A DNA stretch of 51,707 nucleotides from a virus (Duplodnaviria > Heunggongvirae > Uroviricota > Caudoviricetes). The stretch covers positions 73,293-124,999 of IMG/VR virus record IMGVR_UViG_3300032144_000001. The stretch is one strand, 5' to 3'. This document shows positions 47,841 to 51,707 of the stretch, in pieces. Position numbers and translations under genes: made by a program. Position 1 is the stretch's first letter. The number at the start of each line of letters is the position of its first letter. The notes under the pieces are model-generated. The model was not told the origin of the DNA. It saw only the letters and a program-made list of their open reading frames with translations, and searched no databases.

Positions 47841-48074
47841 TTAATTTTCTTCAAAAACTAATTTATATTCAAATGTTGGAGGAAACTGATATCCAATTTC
47901 ATTGCTATCTGAATCTCTTAATTGATATTCTTTATTATTTCTAGTATCTTTTACCCAAGTAGGCATAACATTTGAATAATTCCAAGTAATATCAATGCCC
48001 AATTCATCAGCTTTCTTGCATAATTCCTCAAATCTTTTTACAAAATCATGTGAATCTTTTAATCTATATTCCAT
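47841..48074 (-). CDS. Hypothetical protein (start MEYRLKD)
   Basis: The longer 48113 start lies inside the terminator hairpin, so the ATG at 48074 is preferred. Confidence 0.6.
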   Translation of the reverse strand: MEYRLKDSHDFVKRFEELCKKADELGIDITWNYSNVMPTWVKDTRNNKEYQLRDSDSNEIGYQFPPTFEYKLVFEEN

Positions 48075-48078
48075 AAAG

Positions 48079-48118
48079 CAAATATAATAAAAAAGGTGTG
48101 AGATTTCTCCCACACCTT
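48079..48118 (-). terminator. Intrinsic terminator after the SSB-like gene, followed directly by a TATATTTG -7 box
   Basis: AAGGTGTG/CACACCTT stem (48093-48100 with 48111-48118) plus U-tract; -7 box at 48079-48086. Confidence 0.8.
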
Positions 48119-48138
48119 AAAGTTTAATAAAAAATCGA

Positions 48139-49005
48139 CTAATATGAAGCGTCATCCTCCTGTATAGGAACATTAGATGCTACTACGTTTTCTGATGGAT
48201 CATAAGTATGTAGATCCTTAAAAGAATAGAAGTTTTCACTTCCATACTGAGAATCAGTAATACCTACTACAAACTTCTCATGAGCTTTCAAATCTTTAGG
48301 TTTTTTAGCTCTTAGAGCAGCTTGAATTTCAGGTTTAGAATAGTCTACTACTCTGAATTGCTTCAAGCAATAATCTGGCATAAGAGCCTTATTATAAACA
48401 GATTGATAAGATTTAATTTCTCCATCTTTCTCTACTGTTTTAACTTCAGCCATTGCAACCACATTAGTAGCAAATTCACCACCTATTTGTTCTTTTAATT
48501 GGGACACATTACCTTTCATAAGTTTCTTCCAATCAAGTTCAAGAACAGTTTCAGCATCTTTGTAGTCAAGTTTACCTAACCATGTACGGACAGCATTATA
48601 AAGATCTTCTTCTCCTACTTTAGCTTCTCTATATTCTCTTTTTTTGAACCAATCTGGAAGATTATCTGGATCATCAGCCCAAGAACAAGCACCTATAGAG
48701 TTAATATATTGCTTTTTACTACCGTCTTTATTCTCCCTTACTTTGTCCTCTAGAAAATAGCTTACTTTTTTAAAGTTATTCTCTTTTTTAGCTACTTTAA
48801 TCCAAAAATCAATACGAAGATTAGTATTATCTTCTTTACTCTTTCCAAGGTAATCAGTAGCCTTACTATCCTCTTTAAGTTCTCTACCTAGAATTTCTTT
48901 AAATTCTTCGATAGAAGGATTAATACTAATAATTTCCCCTGAGAATAGACCTACCTCTAATTCTGTTTCAAAATTTGTTGTTCTTACATTTCCTGATATT
49001 GACAT
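48139..49005 (-). CDS. Putative single-stranded DNA-binding protein
   Basis: Next to primase; beta-type N-half (LRIDFWIK); acidic C-terminal tail QEDDASY. Confidence 0.5.
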   Translation of the reverse strand: MSISGNVRTTNFETELEVGLFSGEIISINPSIEEFKEILGRELKEDSKATDYLGKSKEDNTNLRIDFWIKVAKKENNFKKVSYFLEDKVRENKDGSKKQYINSIGACSWADDPDNLPDWFKKREYREAKVGEEDLYNAVRTWLGKLDYKDAETVLELDWKKLMKGNVSQLKEQIGGEFATNVVAMAEVKTVEKDGEIKSYQSVYNKALMPDYCLKQFRVVDYSKPEIQAALRAKKPKDLKAHEKFVVGITDSQYGSENFYSFKDLHTYDPSENVVASNVPIQEDDASY

Positions 49006-49006
49006 A

Positions 49007-49561
49007 TTATTTTTGTTTTTTAAGTTTAATTCCTTTTCTAACCTGTGAAAATTTTATTTTTCTTTCCTTTGACCACTTTTTACCTTTCATAGATTCTGAT
49101 ATTCTTCTTTTATGTTCTTCAGTAATAACTTGTTTGGCTCTATTTTGTTTTATTATTCTTTTAGTTTCTTCATTATGTCTAAATCCTTTCTTTTGTCCTC
49201 TATTAACAGATTTCTTTAAATTTTCTCTACATTTTTCCGAAATAATACCAAATAGACCTCCAGGGTGAGTATTAGTTAAATTAAATCCCCAAGTTCTAAA
49301 CTGAGAAATCCAATATTTCTCCCAAAATTCCCAATCTTTATCATCAACTATATCAACCAGCTCCATAACAGGTTTCATCCCTTTATGTAGAAGATTACTG
49401 ATCCAATTTACTTTATCTGACGAATTATTAATTGATAGTTTAGCCTCTTTTATATGCTGTAAATATCTTGACTTAGCATTATAAGTCCTTCCAATATATT
49501 TTATTTCATTAGTTATTGGATCAGCAAGAGAATAAATAAAGATTGGGAATCCTACGACCAT
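49007..49561 (-). CDS. GIY-YIG homing endonuclease with NUMOD3
   Basis: FIYSLADP...KYIGRT, HNEETK, EEHKRRISES. Confidence 0.85.
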   Translation of the reverse strand: MVVGFPIFIYSLADPITNEIKYIGRTYNAKSRYLQHIKEAKLSINNSSDKVNWISNLLHKGMKPVMELVDIVDDKDWEFWEKYWISQFRTWGFNLTNTHPGGLFGIISEKCRENLKKSVNRGQKKGFRHNEETKRIIKQNRAKQVITEEHKRRISESMKGKKWSKERKIKFSQVRKGIKLKKQK

Positions 49562-49563
49562 TA

Positions 49564-50094
49564 TTATTTTACGTTATATTTTACACCTTTAAGAATAAGA
49601 TAATTTAATGTACGTGGGTCCACAAGTCTATTAGGTGAGCCTTCTGTAACATTCATGTCCACCACTTGTACACGACCAAAATCATCCAAAGTTCCATTAT
49701 GATAACCAGTTAGTATACGTTCTTCACCATTTATGCCACGTTTTACAGCTTTTTTAATAGCTGCCTCAATGGTTTTAGGTGTTGAACCTTCATAAGCAGA
49801 CATTATCTCTTTTGTAACATCAGCTTCTTTTACTTGTTTATTAAAGCTAACAGTAAAAGCCACACTATGGTTATCCAGGAACAATTTAGTGAGTTCTGTT
49901 TTGTTAATAGATTCTTCTTTTGTATATTGTTCAGCACTTGTTAAACAATCTTCTACATAAGCTTTATCTACTACAATATCCTGATCAATTCCATTTTTAA
50001 GTTGAACTTTATCACCTGCAATTTTAATTACTTTGTAATATTGCGTTTCTGATAATTTTTCTCCTACTTTTAATGTTTTAAAATTTGTTTTCAT
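49564..50094 (-). CDS. Hypothetical protein
   Basis: 176-aa ORF (FTVSFNKQ...GRVQVVDM...RLVDPRTL). Confidence 0.7.
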   Translation of the reverse strand: MKTNFKTLKVGEKLSETQYYKVIKIAGDKVQLKNGIDQDIVVDKAYVEDCLTSAEQYTKEESINKTELTKLFLDNHSVAFTVSFNKQVKEADVTKEIMSAYEGSTPKTIEAAIKKAVKRGINGEERILTGYHNGTLDDFGRVQVVDMNVTEGSPNRLVDPRTLNYLILKGVKYNVK

Positions 50095-50993
50095 TAGTCT
50101 TCTAATTTAGCTGATAGTGATTTATACATTCCGATTAATTCTGTGTCTCCTAAAGATACTGCTGATGTATACGCTGCTGTAAACTTAGATTTTGACATTT
50201 TAGATCCTCTAGAATAAGCTGAGGCAACAAATACTTCACTTACTTTATTAGATGATTTGAATGGTAAATATACACCATTTGTAATTTCTGACAACTGTTT
50301 GTACCATTTATTTTTATCTCCATGAATACTTAGAGTATCAAATTGAATGTTAAGTTTAGATGCATTTTTAGCTTCTTCCTTCCAGTCAATTTGAGCATTT
50401 TCTACAAGTATTTTACCCCAACGATTACAAGAATAACCTACTTTATGAGGATCTGCATCTGCAATAAATAGAACAGTTCTTTTAGAATCCTCTCTCCAAG
50501 GAGTTTCTTCTACAATCTTTTTAATAACAAGTTCATAAAACTCATCTCCATCTCCTCCTGAGGTATTTTTAGCACCTTTTACAAAACTAATTAACTGATT
50601 TTCATTGTTGGTGAATTGAGACTCTTGATAAGCATCTCCAAAATCCTTAGAATTATTCATATCACAATAGTCACCAAATGCTACAATTCTCATTTTAAGA
50701 TCTAAATCTTTATTTGAGAACATTTCAGGAATAAGTTTTTCAACGTGTTCTTTTACACTACCAATATAAGCAGCCATTGAACCGGTAGTATCAAAAGCTA
50801 CTACATAGTCCATAACTACTTTTTCTGTCTTCTTTTCTACTTTAACCTTCTTACCATTCCTTTTAATACGTCTTTCAAGATCTGCTAGGTACTCAGCACC
50901 TGTTACAAATCCTGCTTTAATAGCAATTTTTTCTCTTCTTTCTTTGTTAGATTTTTTGTAATCTTCAATCTTTTGTTTTAGCGTTTTTCTCAT
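50094..50993 (-). CDS. von Willebrand factor A domain protein
   Basis: MIDAS-type VAFDTTGSM, GDYCD, GGDGDE, FIADADPH. Confidence 0.85.
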   Translation of the reverse strand: MRKTLKQKIEDYKKSNKERREKIAIKAGFVTGAEYLADLERRIKRNGKKVKVEKKTEKVVMDYVVAFDTTGSMAAYIGSVKEHVEKLIPEMFSNKDLDLKMRIVAFGDYCDMNNSKDFGDAYQESQFTNNENQLISFVKGAKNTSGGDGDEFYELVIKKIVEETPWREDSKRTVLFIADADPHKVGYSCNRWGKILVENAQIDWKEEAKNASKLNIQFDTLSIHGDKNKWYKQLSEITNGVYLPFKSSNKVSEVFVASAYSRGSKMSKSKFTAAYTSAVSLGDTELIGMYKSLSAKLED

Positions 50994-51120
50994 AATTTAT
51001 ATTTCCATTTAAAATTTCCTGCTGACTCTATATACCCATTGCAGCATAGTCTGTATCTTTTGGCTCCCTGGGGAAATCAGGGAACCAATGTAAAATAGCT
51101 TTAGACCCGATGAGTATCAT
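50990..51120 (-). pseudogene. Fusion remnant: 5' end of a nucleotidyltransferase-like gene joined to the 3' end of a NUMOD1 endonuclease gene
   Basis: 51028-51120 reads MILIGSKAILHWFPDFPREPKDTDYAAMGI*. Another frame, 50990-51046, reads CCNGYIESAGNFKWKYKL* with its TGA overlapping the vWA ATG. Confidence 0.7.
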
Positions 51121-51706
51121 ACCATTTTTTTCTAGAGTTTGACATTTTATTTTTAGTTTCTTGTGATATTTTTCTACCAATTAATGATTTTCTTATCTTT
51201 TCTTTTCTTTCTTCTGGGACAAGTTTACCTTTTCTTGATTCTGACATTTGCTTTTTCCTATCTTCAGATAATACTTTTCCTTTTAGAGCTTTAGAAACTT
51301 TTAATCTATGTTCATCAGAAAGTTTTCTACCTTTCATTTTTATAGATTGAGCAATTTTTTGTTCGATAGTTCGAATTTTACCAGAATTGGCAGCAGATAT
51401 TTTTTCTCTGGTTTCTTTAGAAACCACTTTGTTCTTGTTATATCTACCTCCAATTTCAATATTACACAAAGTGCCAGATTTATTTATTATTCTACCATAA
51501 AGTTCAATAAATTCAATCTCTTTATTTTCAATTTCTGTAATATTGTCTGTTTCAAATATTATCTCTACTAAATACTTAGTTCTAGAAGCTATAGAATTCC
51601 ATATTTTATTTCTCTTCTTTTTACTAAAAGCTCTTTTGTATATCTGCTCAAAAGATTTATACCTTTCTTCTTTAGTACCAATTCCAATGTAAAAAGGTTC
51701 AAATCT
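51101..51706 (-). CDS. GIY-YIG homing endonuclease with NUMOD3 repeats; 5'-truncated by window edge
   Basis: Frame is open from the window end (RFEPFYIGIG...RNKIW...IELYGRI...LCNIEIGG) into the 51101..51469 ORF. Confidence 0.88.
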   Translation of the reverse strand, partial: RFEPFYIGIGTKEERYKSFEQIYKRAFSKKKRNKIWNSIASRTKYLVEIIFETDNITEIENKEIEFIELYGRIINKSGTLCNIEIGGRYNKNKVVSKETREKISAANSGKIRTIEQKIAQSIKMKGRKLSDEHRLKVSKALKGKVLSEDRKKQMSESRKGKLVPEERKEKIRKSLIGRKISQETKNKMSNSRKKWYDTHRV

Positions 51707-51707
51707 T

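Noticed and set aside
51061-51087. GC-rich hairpin TCCCTG-N7-CAGGGA
   Set aside because: Lies within the HWFPDFPREPK coding remnant and lacks a clear U-tract; not called as a terminator or tRNA fragment.
25777-51571. Plus-strand ORFs within the minus arm (for example 25777, 28787, 32253, 35998, 36550, 45406, 45815, 46031, 48975, 51308)
   Set aside because: They overlap well-supported minus-strand genes and have hydrophobic shadow composition with no motifs.
1-51707. Stop-codon reassignment (TAG or TGA), known in some crAss-like phages
   Set aside because: Long genes are intact under code 11, and TAG and TGA end genes at sensible overlaps. Reading through the TAG at 51028 only reaches a TGA about 22 codons later.
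1-51707. CRISPR array, tRNA or rRNA genes
   Set aside because: No regularly spaced repeats or cloverleaf-like sequence seen by eye, and intergenic gaps are mostly under 100 nt. tRNAscan-SE was not run.

Overview
AT-rich, gene-dense segment of a large crAss-like (Crassvirales-related) phage, most likely infecting a Bacteroidota host. Host evidence: TTTG-N20-TAnnTTTG promoters and no Shine-Dalgarno sites. It uses the standard genetic code. The + strand arm (1-24358) carries a 5'-truncated virion RNA polymerase (GSDFDIDK), a 1681-aa putative injected protein with EExxH peptidase-like and PD-(D/E)xK nuclease motifs, fibre/appendage genes, three esterases, a lysis-like membrane cluster and a glycosyltransferase. 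The - strand arm (24355-51707) carries a methyltransferase, two GT2 enzymes, a GroES-like protein, RecA, class II RNR, dNMP kinase, PD-(D/E)xK nuclease, rIIA/rIIB, a variant UDG, ThyX, primase, an SSB-like protein, a vWA protein and many free-standing homing endonucleases. The arms converge on a bidirectional terminator at about 24346-24373. The best candidate for an undescribed system is a phage-encoded protein O-glycosylation module. A plant HPAT/SERGT1-like glycosyltransferase is flanked by tiny genes ending in poly-Thr tails, one of them missing from the ORF track. Two GT2 enzymes and a sugar-type O-methyltransferase lie next to it. Two of the three poly-Thr peptides share their N-terminal module with long fibre/esterase proteins, suggesting interchangeable virion decorations. 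Family assignments rest on motif recognition by eye; no database search was run.
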